Translations under genes and position numbers: made by a program
The notes under the pieces: model-generated
Told to the model about the DNA's origin: nothing
The model's input: only the letters and a program-made list of their open reading frames with translations
Databases searched by the model: none
Shown here: piece after piece, positions 1 through 12,537 of the stretch
How positions within the stretch are numbered: the first letter of the stretch is position 1
Layout of the letters: each line of letters begins with the position of its first letter
Assembly: GCA_964016885.1 (NCBI GenBank)
Contig: OZ024743.1
Span: 162,440,001 to 162,504,000 of the forward strand
Reading direction: 5' to 3'
DNA from: Eledone cirrhosa
Taxonomy: Eukaryota
Length of the DNA stretch: 64,000 nt

Positions 1-155
1 TTCGTCAGGTTTATGATAAGGTGTGAATGTCTTATTTTCTAAATCAAGGGTTACATCTAAAAAATTATCTGTTTTATTATTCTTATCTATAGTAATACAA
101 AGGTTGAAGCCTTTAAAGAATTTATGTAGGTCCTTCCTAGTTCTTTCAATGTTGT

Positions 156-206
<51 letters not shown>

Positions 207-1069
207 AATTACTACTCCTCTATTTCCCCTTGCTTACTTAAGGCACTTATCTACGCTTCTAAACATACAGACTTATCTAGTGAAGAAATGAATATCATTC
301 TAACAGCACGTAACAACTGTAATATTCGAGTGCACTGTGGCTCACCCTGTGAAACTATAGGACATAAGACTCTTTGTCATGGGAAATCCTCTGGCCTATA
401 TCTATTTCAACTATCAACTTTTCTCACTTGCTAATTCTGAAAAGAAACGCCACATGCAATAATCTGTTTCCTATTAAAGTAAATACGTCACAATACGTGT
501 TCATAGCAACGCTAAGACAATGAAATCACATTTAAATACCGGGTATGCATTTCTATGGATTTTAATGACGGATGGTTCGGTCAGATAGAAAAAAACGTAA
601 ACATTACGAAGTTTTAGTAAAAAATTAAAAATCAAGAAATATATGTATAAGAAGGTAGATATATGAAATTATTATGTTAAATAATAAAAAATATTAACAA
701 AGTTATTTTTATAAAGTCTATGAAAAATCAGTCTGATGTCGATCGGATAGATCGCACCCCAAAACTTTATACTTATTTATCGTTAAAAACGTGCGATCTG
801 TACGCGAGTATATACGGTCTGTATATTTTGTCGTAAGCTAAGCAGCCGAAGCATATACTAAAGATATAAATAAATATATTCTGAGCCGAAGTAGCCGAGA
901 CTACGTAAAAGTTGGGCTTTGATCAGAAGTTGGGCTTTGAACATCAAAACAACAACAGGAAATACGTTATCAAAGGGCTTATATACCCTCTCACTTATAC
1001 TACTATCCTTAAATAGACGTATTGATTTGCATTCTATTCTTAGAGTGGAGTATATGTGGGTGTTTATGC

Positions 1070-1363
1070 AAGTAGACCCTAATGCTTCCACACATGAAAT
1101 TCAGCGATCCTTCCACTATTAGAAACATGTCTGGAATGCTTCTTCCGAAATGGCATCACTCCTCATGGTGTCCACTTGTCTCTCAAGGCCTTTCAGTCGC
1201 ATTTTCATTTTAGTGTTCCCCAAAATGAAAATGCCACTGAAAGGCCTTGACAGACAAGTGGACACCATGAGGAGTGATGCCATTTCGGAAGAAGCATTCC
1301 AGACATGTTTCTAATAGTGGAAGGATCGCTGAATTTCATGTGTGGAAGCATTAGGGTCTACTT
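1070..1363. repeat. Near-perfect long inverted repeat (142-bp arms, 10-nt loop)
   Basis: 1070-1211 is the reverse complement of 1222-1363 with about 2 mismatches; loop agtgttcccc. Confidence 0.95.
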
Positions 1364-1456
1364 CAAAATAGATTTGCAATTGAACGCTAACATTTTCAGA
1401 ATTTTCGCCCCAGCCAAAGGTCGAGTACGTATATGTAAATATATATATATATATAT

Positions 1457-1670
1457 ATAGGAACAAGTATGACCCCGACGGCAGAGCTCAAGCCGTTTTG
1501 ACGGCTAATTCTGGACTAAAAAAAGGTTTTAGTCCAGAATTAGCCGTCGAAACGGCTTGAGCTCTGCCGTCGAGGTCATACTTGTTCCTATTACCCACTC
1601 TACTACCCTAAGTATTGAGTACTTTGGTGCGTTATGGTCTATCTGGTTCCTTACCACATTTCTTTCGTTA
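1457..1670 (+). mobile_element. Fold-back mini-element family A, copy 1 (PLE-type 3' end with inverted arm, in (TA)n)
   Basis: Arms 1457-1521/1527-1591 plus a unique ~80-nt tail; (TA)n on both sides; GAAAC-GGC...GCC-GTC resembles HHR stem III and cleavage triplet; homologous copies at 8261 and 23853. Confidence 0.8.
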
Positions 1671-1738
1671 TATATATATATATAATTAAAATAAAATGAC
1701 AGGAGGCTGGACTTGTGTAAATCCTTGAAAGGTTTATT

Positions 1739-1796
1739 ATACTATGATCATTTCAATGACCGGGTTCCGTATGAATCCGGTGATATCATCAGGTAT
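1739..1796 (-). ncRNA. Type I hammerhead ribozyme motif (PLE-associated)
   Basis: Minus strand ATAC-CTGATGA-[ACCGG/CCGGT stem II]-GAAAT-GATC-ATA-GTAT; palindromic stem III ATGATCAT; (TA)n about 55 nt downstream. Confidence 0.7.
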
Positions 1797-2224
1797 TCGA
1801 AATATAATAAATGAATGTAATAGATAGAATCCATGGGGCTGAAAATCAAAGACCGGAGGACGACCGCCATCCAGCATCTTCCACCTTTGCCGGTCGCCCT
1901 CAAGTGAGGTGGCTAAAGCTTATAGTGTGCTACTACCGGTCAAATAGAGGAAAACAGAAAGGAGGAGGAAGATAAGTCAGCGTTAATATCATGCCACAAA
2001 AAGAAAGACAGAAAGAAGGGGGAAGAGAAGGAAGAAGAAGAAAAGTCAGGGTTAATGTCGAGCTACAAGAAGAAAGACAGAAAGAAAGAGGAAGAAAGAT
2101 CGGTACTAATGTCAGACTACAGTCAGGCCAGGAATGGCGCGAAAAAAGATTTTTCTCAGGGACCCGTATCTTAGCAGAGGTATATATAGTGGGGGTCTGT
2201 ATGTTATAATGTGTGAGCAGAAGA

Positions 2225-3096
2225 TTGGAACGTTACATTTTTGTTTAGATTTATAGGATGAAGTTAAAAAATTAATATTTAATATTAACATTATAAAATT
2301 AAAGAAATTAGAAAATTGAAAGTTAAAAGTTTAACATTTTTAAGGTTGCGAGGTTTAAGCAAAGAAAGGGTATTTTATGAAGAAAGGGTATTTTATGAAG
2401 AAACTTAAATTTTATTATAGAGTAAAGATTATGTCTTTGTTTAGCAGTCAAACAGCATGCGGCGACTACAGGCTTGCGCAGCCCATCCACTCCGAGTGAT
2501 ATCGCCTAGCGAAAGATATGGAAATCGATTTTTCCGAGCACTCTAGGAATGTATAACAGGCTTCAGGTGCGCCAGCGGGAAGTCAGCACGCATCGTTAAG
2601 CCATCCTTGTACAAAACCAGTACTATTCATTTACCCAGGAGGGGGATTTGCTTAAGTAGAGGGAGGCGTGATACATCTAATAGTTATGATTAGATCTGTA
2701 ATTTAAAGGTACTATATGGCGGTCAAAAAACCGGCTGCGCGCCGGGCCCCTGGGGCGAATCAAACCACTCCGAGTAGTTTCATTTACCGAAAGAAGGGGA
2801 AATTTATTTTTCCAAGCACTCAAGGTAGGCCTATGCGCCAGGGGGCCGGTCCCGCCGCCAGGAAAACCAACCCAACAGTCCGACAGAAAAGTTGGAACGT
2901 TAAATTATTGTTTAGATTTATAGGATGAAGTTGAACAAATTCAGAATAACATTATAAAATTAAAGAGTAAGAAGATTGAGAATTGAACAATTAGAAAATT
3001 GAAAATTAAACATTTTAAAAACTTTTTTAAGGTTTTGGGTTGCGGGGTTTAGTTAAAGAAAATCTTTTATGAAGAAACTTTAATTGTATTATATAG
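2225..3096. repeat. Diverged ~200-bp AT-rich direct repeats flanking a GC-richer core
   Basis: 2225-2420 and 2892-3096 both start ttggaacgtta...tttagatttataggatgaagtt and end gaagaaactt.aatt.tattata. Confidence 0.75.
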
Positions 3097-4148
3097 ATCC
3101 TCTATAAGTTATCTTGAATGAATATATATACCTTCTACTTTGACCACTAGCCACGTGATGATTCTTAGCCATTTTTTAATTCATTTCTGGCGGTGATCAC
3201 TGTGGAAATTTTAGTCCAAACCTGAGGAGTCTTTTGATAAGTTCGAAGCCTCGTGGATAATACCAGGATCGGATATATCCACAAAGTGCGAGCGAAACTG
3301 TCGGCAGTCGGGACTAGAGGAATTTTGGTAAAGTTCACATGCATTTTTTCTTCTAACTTATATTTTAGACCTAGCTCCGTTTAATTGATTATTTGTCTAG
3401 TTAATTTCTACGGCTAAAAAAATAACAAAGTTTCACCTAAAGTGGAATTTTGAATTAATTTAGATGATAAATGAACAAAATATATTATATATTGATGTGG
3501 ATATACGCATTTTTAATACATTTTAATACATATTTAATAGATATTTAATAAACATTAAAGATGAAATGTTTAAATGTTGCATTATAATGCTAAATAGGAT
3601 ATATACGTAACGATATCTTACCTTATAATAAAATATTGTCATAATCTAGAATTAATTAAATTAAATTAATTTAAGCGTATAAATTTGTAATGAACTTAAA
3701 TATTCGATTGCCGTAGAAATTAATCTATGCCTAATAATCTAGATATATTATAAACTTATAATTAATTAAAGCGTAATCCAATACAAGCGGCATTCATTGA
3801 TAAATAATAAGAATAATTTTTGAATTTTCTGTCTAGGATTTGAATACAACGTGTTTTTTTTTATTCTCTCCTTTACTTTATCCTTTCCTTTTCCTTTTCT
3901 TCTTTTCTTTATTTCCCTTCTTTTCTCTCCGCATCTTCCCTTTTTTCTTTTCTTTATTTCCCTTCTTTTCTCTCCGCATCTTCCCTTTCAACTCCCCTTT
4001 CTATATTTCTTCGTTGCTTTACGTCTTCTTCTCTAAGTTTATCATATTATTTGTGGTATATAAATGTTGAGTGTTGGGGAAATAACTTACTGCCACTACA
4101 GGAATTGAAGATCCAAGACCTTAGCGGTATATCGTATAACCAATCTCT

Positions 4149-4219
4149 TATATATTTTATCTGATGAAAACGTACTGAAACACCATTGTACCTTTGAAAT
4201 ATGTATAATAAAATATATA
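4149..4219 (+). ncRNA. Type I hammerhead ribozyme motif at a PLE 3' end
   Basis: 12-bp stem I (tatatattttat/ataaaatatata), CTGATGA 4161-4167, GAAAT 4196-4200, AUA triplet; downstream sequence similar to the PLE ends at 8650 and 18500; ends in (TA)n. Confidence 0.75.
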
Positions 4220-4281
4220 CTTTGGTTATGATAATATTTCTCATTTATCAATGTTTTGAATAATAATATATATATATATAT

Positions 4282-4855
4282 TGTGAACCTAAAACTCAAA
4301 AACTACCAAACCAATCTTGATGAAACTTGACACGTGTGTGGGGCTCATGTTCATTTGAGTGCTTACGTATATTTCCTTTTAATCAAAGGGTTCCCCGGGG
4401 TTCAAAACCCCGCTTAATTTTTTCCCTTCGATTTATATTAAATTTAAACCATAGGTAAATGACAAGATATGATGCATATTCACAAAATTTCAGCAAATTT
4501 CATTAATATTAAGACACCCTAATAATATTAAACCCCCTATAGTGAAAATCTTGGCCAATAAATGGAACAAGATTTCATGAACTCCTCCTATGGTTTTGGA
4601 GATAGACCCCCATAACCATATATATTCTGAAACTACATTGTCAGAGTACTTGGATAAGTATATTTCATTTTAATCAAAGGGTTTCCCGGGGGCACAAAAC
4701 CTCCGCTGAAAACACCCGCTGAAAATGTTTTCCCTTCGATTTATATGAAATTTAAACCATAGGTAAATGTAAGATATGATGCCTATTCACAAAATGCCAT
4801 CAATGACAGCGTTGGGTCAAAGTTTACCTCAAAGGATAGAAATCAGCGGCTAGAA
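4282..4855 (+). mobile_element. Probable non-autonomous Helitron-like fragment with internal direct repeats
   Basis: 5' part resembles the Helitron 5' region at ~52780 (cctaaaact.aaaactacc..acca); ~115-bp repeats at 4378-4490 and 4668-4795; no clear 3' hairpin-CTAG. Confidence 0.35.
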
Positions 4856-5001
4856 CTGTGTTGGTATGAAGAAGTGATAGGAAGAAAGGAGAAAAGGAAG
4901 AAAATGGATGAGAGAAGATCAGACAAATATTTAAATACACTCATCAGCTTTTAGACCGCCTGTGGATTCGACGATTTAACCGATAGTACCACGTGCAATA
5001 G

Positions 5002-5040
<39 letters not shown>

Positions 5041-5889
5041 CTTCGACATGGCTGTATACATACATGTATGAGAATTTAGCTTCGACATAGTTGTATATAT
5101 ACATGTATGAGAATATCTAAAGATATACGGTATGTTTAATAACTAAACATTTTGAAAGCCCACCTATGAATAGAAGGCTGATGGCCACATCATGGATATT
5201 AGCATCCCATTGGCTGTTATTCACTACTCTTCCTCCTCCCTCCCTTTATACACAAATATACTTAAAATATATTTGTAATTATATATTATCCTCAATTATT
5301 TCATTTAATTCTGATGATTTGCTGAACGCAGACATAATGTGAGTGAGTGAATAACGAAACAAATAATCCTATTCAGCTCTCGTAGATGATTGCATAACAG
5401 TAATGAAACACCTGTTAAGTAATATGATGTAATAAATCTTTCTTAAAATGTTTCCTCTCTTCTTGCCTAGTTCTTCCCCATACTCTGTTTATACTAAATT
5501 ACCCCCATGAATTCTTGGAACCTTGTACCATACTCGAGGATTCAATATCTGAATAATTATATTACATAACTCCATCAACCACGTTGAGAACAACTACTAG
5601 GTAGGTTGTTTATTTCACCTTTCGTTTGCATATTCACACAAATACAAATTAACCAACATAATGTTTCAAAAGAGGTTATATTTTAATCCGACTCCCTGCT
5701 ATTCATAATAGCATCTGGCTGTCTTACAGCTATTTCTGCGTTTGAGATTCATTCAATTTTATGAAACTCATTTTACACACTCATCGCTCCAATTTATGTC
5801 ATATCATGTTTACATATATATACTGAACCAATATGGACATGAACGTATAAGGGTACCAGGGACAGGTAACTCTTTAACTCATATATTTA

Positions 5890-7960
5890 TCTATCTTTGT
5901 ATCCAACACTACTACCACCGCTGCTGCTGCTGCTACTTCCGCTGCCTTCTCGCCTGCTGCTGCTTCCTTCAGAGTAGGAGCCTGCATTTTTTCGGTCAGT
6001 CGCCGCCCAGTTCAGACGTGTTTCTAGTGCTCACTTGTTTCGTACCTGCCCCCACATTACTAACACCACCACCTTCCAGGGTCCCAACGGCCACACTCTC
6101 TCTCTCTGTCCGGCATGCCTTCCCCTGCACCTCGTCTAGCCTTGTCTATGGACTTCGCTGCACGGAGTGCAGCGCAACCTATATCGGACAGACCGGACGT
6201 CGCCTGGCGGATCGGTTCACGAAGCACCTCCGAGATATTCGTCTCGGCGGGAGTTCCCCCATCGCCCGCCACTTTGGTTCCCCTGGACACTCCGCCAACA
6301 ACCTCACAGTCTGTGGCCTGATCAAATGCCATGGAACCCCCACAACCCGCCTTAGGGTCGAGCAACAGACCCACACACACCCGGTCTGAACTCCCCACCC
6401 TCTTCCTTTATCCTTCGACCTCCCCTCCCCCTCCCCTACACACACACACCCTACTAACACCACCAAAACACTCCCAAGATTTACCGTCCCCTCCACTTCC
6501 AGCCACCCCCATACCTCCTCCCATCACACGCGCACACACACCAGTACACTCACTCACATATACACTCACTCACACTATCCACACACCCTACTACCACCAC
6601 TAACCTCCACCTATACATCCACATGCGACCACCCCACCACTAATAATACTAAACATCCCCTCACCACACACACACGAACACACACCAGCATACATACACT
6701 CACCCACGTACACACTGATACACCACCCACTCCACACCCACACTACCACCACTAACCCCCACCAACACACCCGTATTCGACCCCCACACCACTAATAATA
6801 CTAACACCCACCCTACCACACACACACACACTCATATCCAAACACGCACAACCACACCAGTACATTACACTCACTCATACTGTACCCACCACCTTCTCCC
6901 CCCCCCGTACTACCAACACCCCCACACATACACATCCTACTAACTCTTCTACTAATATACACACAACCCCCCCCCCCGACACACACCGCCACCCTCTCCC
7001 TCAACCTTTCACACTAACCCACCTCCTCTTCCTGTCCACCGCACCTCCGCACGCACATACACACATTCCACACACACACATACAGACCATCCCTACCACT
7101 ACCCTGTCTGTCATCCTCCAAACAGCTATGTTCTATCTCTCTCGTATCCTTCGCCCTGCCTTCTCCACCTTGACTTTCTTGACCACTTCCTGTTGCGCGT
7201 GCGCCCCACAACTCTCTACACCACTGGTCACATACTCTAGACATCCACCGTATACTCGGATTTTTTCACCATCTGTCCCGACACTCACCGGGAAAACATT
7301 CAGGAACACACACAGACACACACAAACACACTATTTTCGCACACACGCAACCATACGTTCCCACGTATTAACACCACACAAAAACATACACACACACACG
7401 TGCATATCCTCACATACACATACTCGGGCCCGGGACTCCGCACGCCCCCTCCGACCCTCTCCATCCACACGCACACACACACTCCACCCCATGTACACAC
7501 GGGTTTTCCTATTACCCGAACATGGAACCATCTTCCACAAATTCTCACACGCACATCCACACATACACACATACACGTTCACCTACACACATACACGCAC
7601 ACCACCTTCCACCCTCCCCACTCGGACACCCTGTCTCCTTCTCCTCTCCCGCTCTCCATCCACCCACCACCACCCCTACACGCCTCACACCCTTTCACCA
7701 CTTGTTTTCATTTTCATTTTTTTACCCTCATTTTAATTTTTTCCTTCCCCTTAAATTTTCCGCCCCTTTTAATGTCTTTCCACCACTCCCCTTCACACCC
7801 TCGGAAGTATTTTCCTTCCCACTTTTCTCCTGATAAAGGGCTTATGCCCGAAACGTTATCCCCCCCCCCCCCACACACACACACACTCTCAAGCGTGAAC
7901 CTAATACTAACACTGTTTGTACTGGACTCTTCGTTATTGTTTTTGTTTTTTGTTTTTAAC
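5890..7960 (+). mobile_element. Neptune-type Penelope-like element, 3' portion (GIY-YIG remnant + CA-rich 3' region + degenerate HHR)
   Basis: FPCTSSSLVYGLRCTECSATYIGQTGRRLADRF.KH at ~6100-6389; HHR CTGATAA-GGGC/GCCC-GAAACGTT at 7830-7857; ends in (TA)(TG)n. Confidence 0.85.
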
Positions 7961-8071
7961 TTATATATATATATGTGTGTGTGTGTGTATGTGTGTGTTG
8001 TGTACGTATGCATACTTACATTTATGTATCAGCTGCGCTAGGGCGATAAATAAAATTCTAATCTTATATAT

Positions 8072-8238
8072 ATCCACCCCGCCCGTCCTTTCAATCTATC
8101 TAATTTTTCATCCTTTCTTCTGATGAAGGACTAACGTCCGAAACGTTAAGACTCTCTTCCTGCTATTTCAAGCGTTAAACTAATATATTCCTTTCATATA
8201 CTGTACCGATTGTGTTGTTATTTCTGTTTACCTTTTAA
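8072..8238 (+). mobile_element. Short Neptune-like PLE 3' terminus (family B)
   Basis: Homologous to 22742-22900 (+), 46582-46720 (-) and 13468-13540 (-); each abuts (TA)n or (CA)n. Confidence 0.75.
8116..8151 (+). ncRNA. Minimal type I hammerhead ribozyme
   Basis: TCTT-CTGATGA-A-GGAC-taac-GTCC-GAAAC-GTT-AAGA; palindromic AACGTT stem III typical of dimeric minimal HHRs. Confidence 0.8.
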
Positions 8239-8260
8239 ATATATATATATATATATATAT

Positions 8261-8482
8261 ATAGGAACGAGTAGGACCCCGACGGCTGAGCTCAAGCCGT
8301 TTCGACGGCTAATTCTGGACTAATTCTGACTAATTCTGGACGGCTAGTCCAGAATTAGCCGTCGAAACGGCTTGAGCTCAGCCGTCGGGGTCCTACTCGT
8401 TCCTATTACCCACTCTACTACCCTAAGTATTGAGTACTTTGGTGCGTTATGGTCCACCTGGTTCCTTACCACTTTTATTCCG

Positions 8483-8484
<2 letters not shown>
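8261..8484 (+). mobile_element. Fold-back mini-element family A, copy 2
   Basis: Inverted arms spanning 8261-8406; loop holds reiterated ctaattctgga units and an intact stem II GACGGCTA/TAGCCGTC before GAAAC; same tail as copy 1; (TA)n on both sides. Confidence 0.8.
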
Positions 8485-8519
<35 letters not shown>

Positions 8520-8646
8520 AAAGTTTTATTTAAATTGTTGGGATACAACAAGCAAATATTTTTATAACTGATATAAAGCACTCGACAAATATTTGGACTA
8601 GATATACGATATTAATAAATGGAAACTATATTTATAAAACCATATT

Positions 8647-8712
8647 TATTTCATTATATATATTTCAAGGATACCAAGTTACATTATGGTATGCCTTCAT
8701 CAGACAAAATAC
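8647..8712 (-). ncRNA. Type I hammerhead ribozyme motif
   Basis: Minus strand TATTTTGT-CTGATGA-AGG(C)ATACCA/TGGTATCCT-GAAAT-ATAT-ATA-ATGAAATA. Confidence 0.75.
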
Positions 8713-10505
8713 AATATATAACAGTTTTATAAATAGATATTGACGTACCCCTTTAAAAATTGACCGTTGTTTTTGGAGGCCATCAGGATAGTGATTTGTT
8801 TACTTTAGTAAGTCATAGTGTTAAGAGTAAGTAAAAAGATGGAGAGAGAGAGAGAAACGCGGAGAAAAGAAAGGGAGAGATAGATAAAGAAAAAGAAGAA
8901 AGCAAAAAGAAAAGAGAACAGAGGGAAAATAACAGGGAGATATCAAACCATCAGACAGAGAAAAAATCCAGAGAGAGATATATATAGATATAGAGAGGAG
9001 GGGGGACGAAAACCTTAAGTTATGTCATATTAAGTTGAGTTAACAATTGGGATGAAAAGCATAAATAAAATTAGAAATATTAATATTCATGAATGGAATA
9101 TAGATACATAATATGAGAAATTACACATTGTTTAATTATGATTAGATATTTAGTTTAAAATTGAGATCAATATATTAAAAATTGGAATTTAAACATTATA
9201 AAATATATATATATTGCTAGAGAGATTATCTATCGCATATTACATACACATAGGCAAAGGTACATAAATATATATATATATACACACTCACTCAGAAAAT
9301 ACACATTATATCTACTCCCGCCCATAATATATATATACAAAGCATAAGTGATTTTTTTATTTATTGCCATACATTCCCTGTGTTATTAATTAAAAATTAA
9401 AAGTTTTTAGTATATATATATAAATATATAGGATTAACTTTCATGCATTTATGGCTGTTAAGTTATGCATATCTGCAATCAAAAACTACATGTGTAAGCC
9501 TGTACATTCACATCCATAATTCTTAGCTATACATGAATAGATATGAGTGTGCATTTTCAATTGGTATACACGCGTCACTCATGCATATATACAGACAGAC
9601 ATATAATCATAAAAAAGCATATAACACATGTATATGTATGTCAACACACACATATAGATACATTAGCCGTATATAGATATACGTATACATCAACATATAA
9701 CATAGTACAATTGAGTATATAAAATACAAAAGGATTATATTTTGGAAATATAATTATATCAATATAACTTAAAAAGCAAACGAATTCTACAAATATCAAA
9801 ATACTAAAATATCCCAAAATATTATAGAATATTTTAAGTTAAAATAATATGTTTAATATATTTAGTATAGAAATTAATCTTACGTATATTTTAATCAAGA
9901 TATTGAAAGGACAAACTTTTGAAAATTATGAGAAGCTATCAGAATAAAAAATAAATCTAATAAAAATTATGAGAAGCTATCAGAATAAAAACAAATCTAA
10001 TAAAAACAAATCTAATAAAAATAAAAAATAAAATAAATCTAATAAAAAAATAAATAAAATGAATCTAATAAAAAATAAATCAAATAAAAAATAAAATATT
10101 ATATCAATATAACTTAAAAAACAAGGATTCTACAGATATCAAAATATTAAAAAGTTTTAAAATAAAATTTTTTTTAAATTTTTAAAAATTTTTTAAAAAA
10201 ATTTTTTTTAATTTTTTTAAAATTTTAAAAACCTTAAAAAATGTTTAAAAAAATCTTTTAAACTCTTAAAATATTATAGAATATTTTAAGCTAAAATAAT
10301 ATGTTTAGTATAGAAATTTATCTTACGTATATTTTGTTCAAGATATTGAAAGGATAAACTTTTCTAGAATAGTTTATTATATTTATAATTATATTTATGA
10401 AGAAACTTTATACTTGGGTACTTAATCAAAGAAAATGAAAAAGGTGAAGGAATCTAATGATTTATCGACAGGTTACATATATTAACTAAATTACTTAATT
10501 AATTA

Positions 10506-11990
10506 AACTACATTTTAAATTTATATTTATATTTAAACGTTGAGTTCAATCTATGTCTGCAGCAACTGAATAAATTATTCCTTAAATTAAGGGAATTTTT
10601 GGTCGTTAATATAAAAAATATTTCCTCTATACAATGGTCACAATTTTCTGAAGAGGAATTAAAAGGAGTAGCTTTTGAAATAATATTCCAAATCAGCGAA
10701 TATTCAACATTATCTCGTTTTAGGTCCCATAATAGGCTAGATAGCGAAGTTGAAGATTTTTTGTTTGGATCTGTAAAATAATTTTTATGATTATTGAAGC
10801 GGGATTTAAATTATGTAGAGGTAGAACCGACATAGTTAAATGAATTTAAATTAGTTTTAACATTACAATTATAAACTACATTTTTAGCTAAGCAGTTGTT
10901 ATTTAACGGACAGTTGGATTTATTTCTACAGTTACAGTTATTCGATTGAATATTGCTTGGGTTATTATTGGTATTTTCGTTAGGTTTTAAATTTCTATTA
11001 TTAATTCTATTAATATTTTGCGCTAAATTTTTGGTGGAAGAGTAGGTTCATTTTATAGTATGTCTATTAAAAATTGAGTAATATTTATGTGTTCTAGGGA
11101 ATCGTTTGTCAAGAGCTTTAAAGAATAGTTTAGCAATAGGGGTTTTAATATTTAGTGAGAAAGGGGGAGCGAACCATAATATATTCCTAGTTCTATTTCT
11201 TTTTCGGTTTTCGGAGTTATAGTAATATTTTCTATTATGGTTGTTGAAATTGTTACCATAATTAAAGTTGTTATTATTTTGGTTATTTTGTATATTATTA
11301 TTATTATCGATGTATTTAATTTTATTTCTATACCCAGCTCTACCTAACGCTTCATTGTAATAATGCGCTTTTTCATCAAATATATTCTTATTAGATGAAA
11401 TTCTTGAAATTCGTTCTTGAACAGAGTTCACTATAGTATTTTTAACGGATCTGGGGTGATTAGAGTTAAAATTGACATAATTTAAGTTCTCATTTAGTTT
11501 GTGAAATGGATAATGAAGACATGTGTTGAGATTTAGTGTTACATCTAGAAAATTGACTATTTTATGGTTATTCTCTATTTCTACTTTTAGATTAAGGTAA
11601 TTAAAAAATTGTATAATTTGTTTTCTTTTTCTATTTAGTTCACAGCTATTATTTTCTATAAGTAAAAGCATGTCGTCACGATATAAGCCTCCGGTTACAT
11701 CTGGTATTTTTCTATGTAGAGAATTAATTATAAATAGGCCCACAAGGTCCGTTACCTGAGCTGAGTCTGAAGATCCCATAGTTATGTCGAAATTATTATT
11801 TCTATCTGCCCTAGTCCAGAGTTGGTTATTAAATTCTATTAATGTTTTCCGTGCCGATAATATAATGTGCATTTCATTGCTAGTTAGGTCTGTATGTTTA
11901 AATGCGTAAGTTAGTGCCTTATTCAGTAGATTAGGAGTGATAGATGAGTAGTAGTTAGCAATATCCAACTGAATAAACTTATTATTATAG
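10506..11990 (-). pseudogene. PLE reverse transcriptase/GIY-YIG ORF with in-frame stops
   Basis: FIQLDIANYYSSI, FDITMGSSDSAQVTDLVG, GLYRDD, VNFLDVTLNL, SNHP, ILWFAPPFS, CNCRNKSNCPLNNNC, VVY...YVG, C-x2-C, CCRH; stops near 11048 and 10812. Confidence 0.9.
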
Positions 11991-12060
<70 letters not shown>

Positions 12061-12215
12061 AAATTTCGCTCTACATGGCTGAATACAATAAATGTAATCT
12101 GAGTTTTTCGAATATTAATAATAACATTCGATTCGTTTGCAATTTTGCAAACAAGCCTCAATTTTATAGCCATGTCAGTAGAATGAACACTTCATTCTTG
12201 CTCTTATGTTGGCAT

Positions 12216-12281
12216 GCGAACAGAACTGCAGACACTAATGTTTCTGGGTATCACCCGTCATCAGTACAGCTCACTGTTCAC
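12216..12281 (-). ncRNA. Type I hammerhead ribozyme (left arm)
   Basis: GTGAACAG..TGTA-CTGATGA-c-GGGT-gat-ACCC-a-GAAAC-ATTAGT-GTC-TGCA..CTGTTCGC. Confidence 0.8.
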
Positions 12282-12471
12282 CTGCCAAATTGTCAGAGCT
12301 AGTGAAAATATATGCTATTTTCAAAAATACACAGTGACTGATCGGCCTGATTTGCATATTAGCAGACTAGCTGATCAGTCAGATCTGCATATTAGCAAAT
12401 CCACTGATCAGCCAGATTTGATATCAACAGACTGGCCAATAAGTTTCCTGTATACGAGCGATAAATGGCAG

Positions 12472-12537
12472 GTGAACAGTGAGCTGTACTGATGAAGGGT
12501 GATACCCAGAAACATTAGTGTCTGCAATTCTGTTCGC
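12472..12537 (+). ncRNA. Type I hammerhead ribozyme (right arm)
   Basis: CTGATGA 12489-12495, stem II GGGT/ACCC, GAAAC 12509-12513, GUC 12520-12522, extended bulged stem I. Confidence 0.85.

Larger units (their letters stand above)
8518..11992 (-). mobile_element. 5'-truncated AT-rich Penelope-like element (RT + C-terminal GIY-YIG) in (TA)n
   Basis: RT and endonuclease remnants at 10506-11990, long AT-rich 3' region with tandem repeats, HHR near the 3' end, (TA)n on both sides. Confidence 0.9.

Noticed and set aside
1089-1138. HHR-like fold gcttcca-CACATGA...GAAACATGTC-tggaatgc in the 142-bp hairpin
   Set aside because: Two core mismatches, a poor stem II, and an inward orientation unlike the other fold-backs.
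5308-5420. CTGATGA...GAAAC and TAGATGA...GAAAC motifs
   Set aside because: Stems are not convincingly formed; at best heavily decayed.
9925-10100. CRISPR-like repeat array (aaataaatctaataaa units)
   Set aside because: AT-rich tandem repeat inside a PLE 3' region, with no unique spacers and no cas genes; eukaryotic context.
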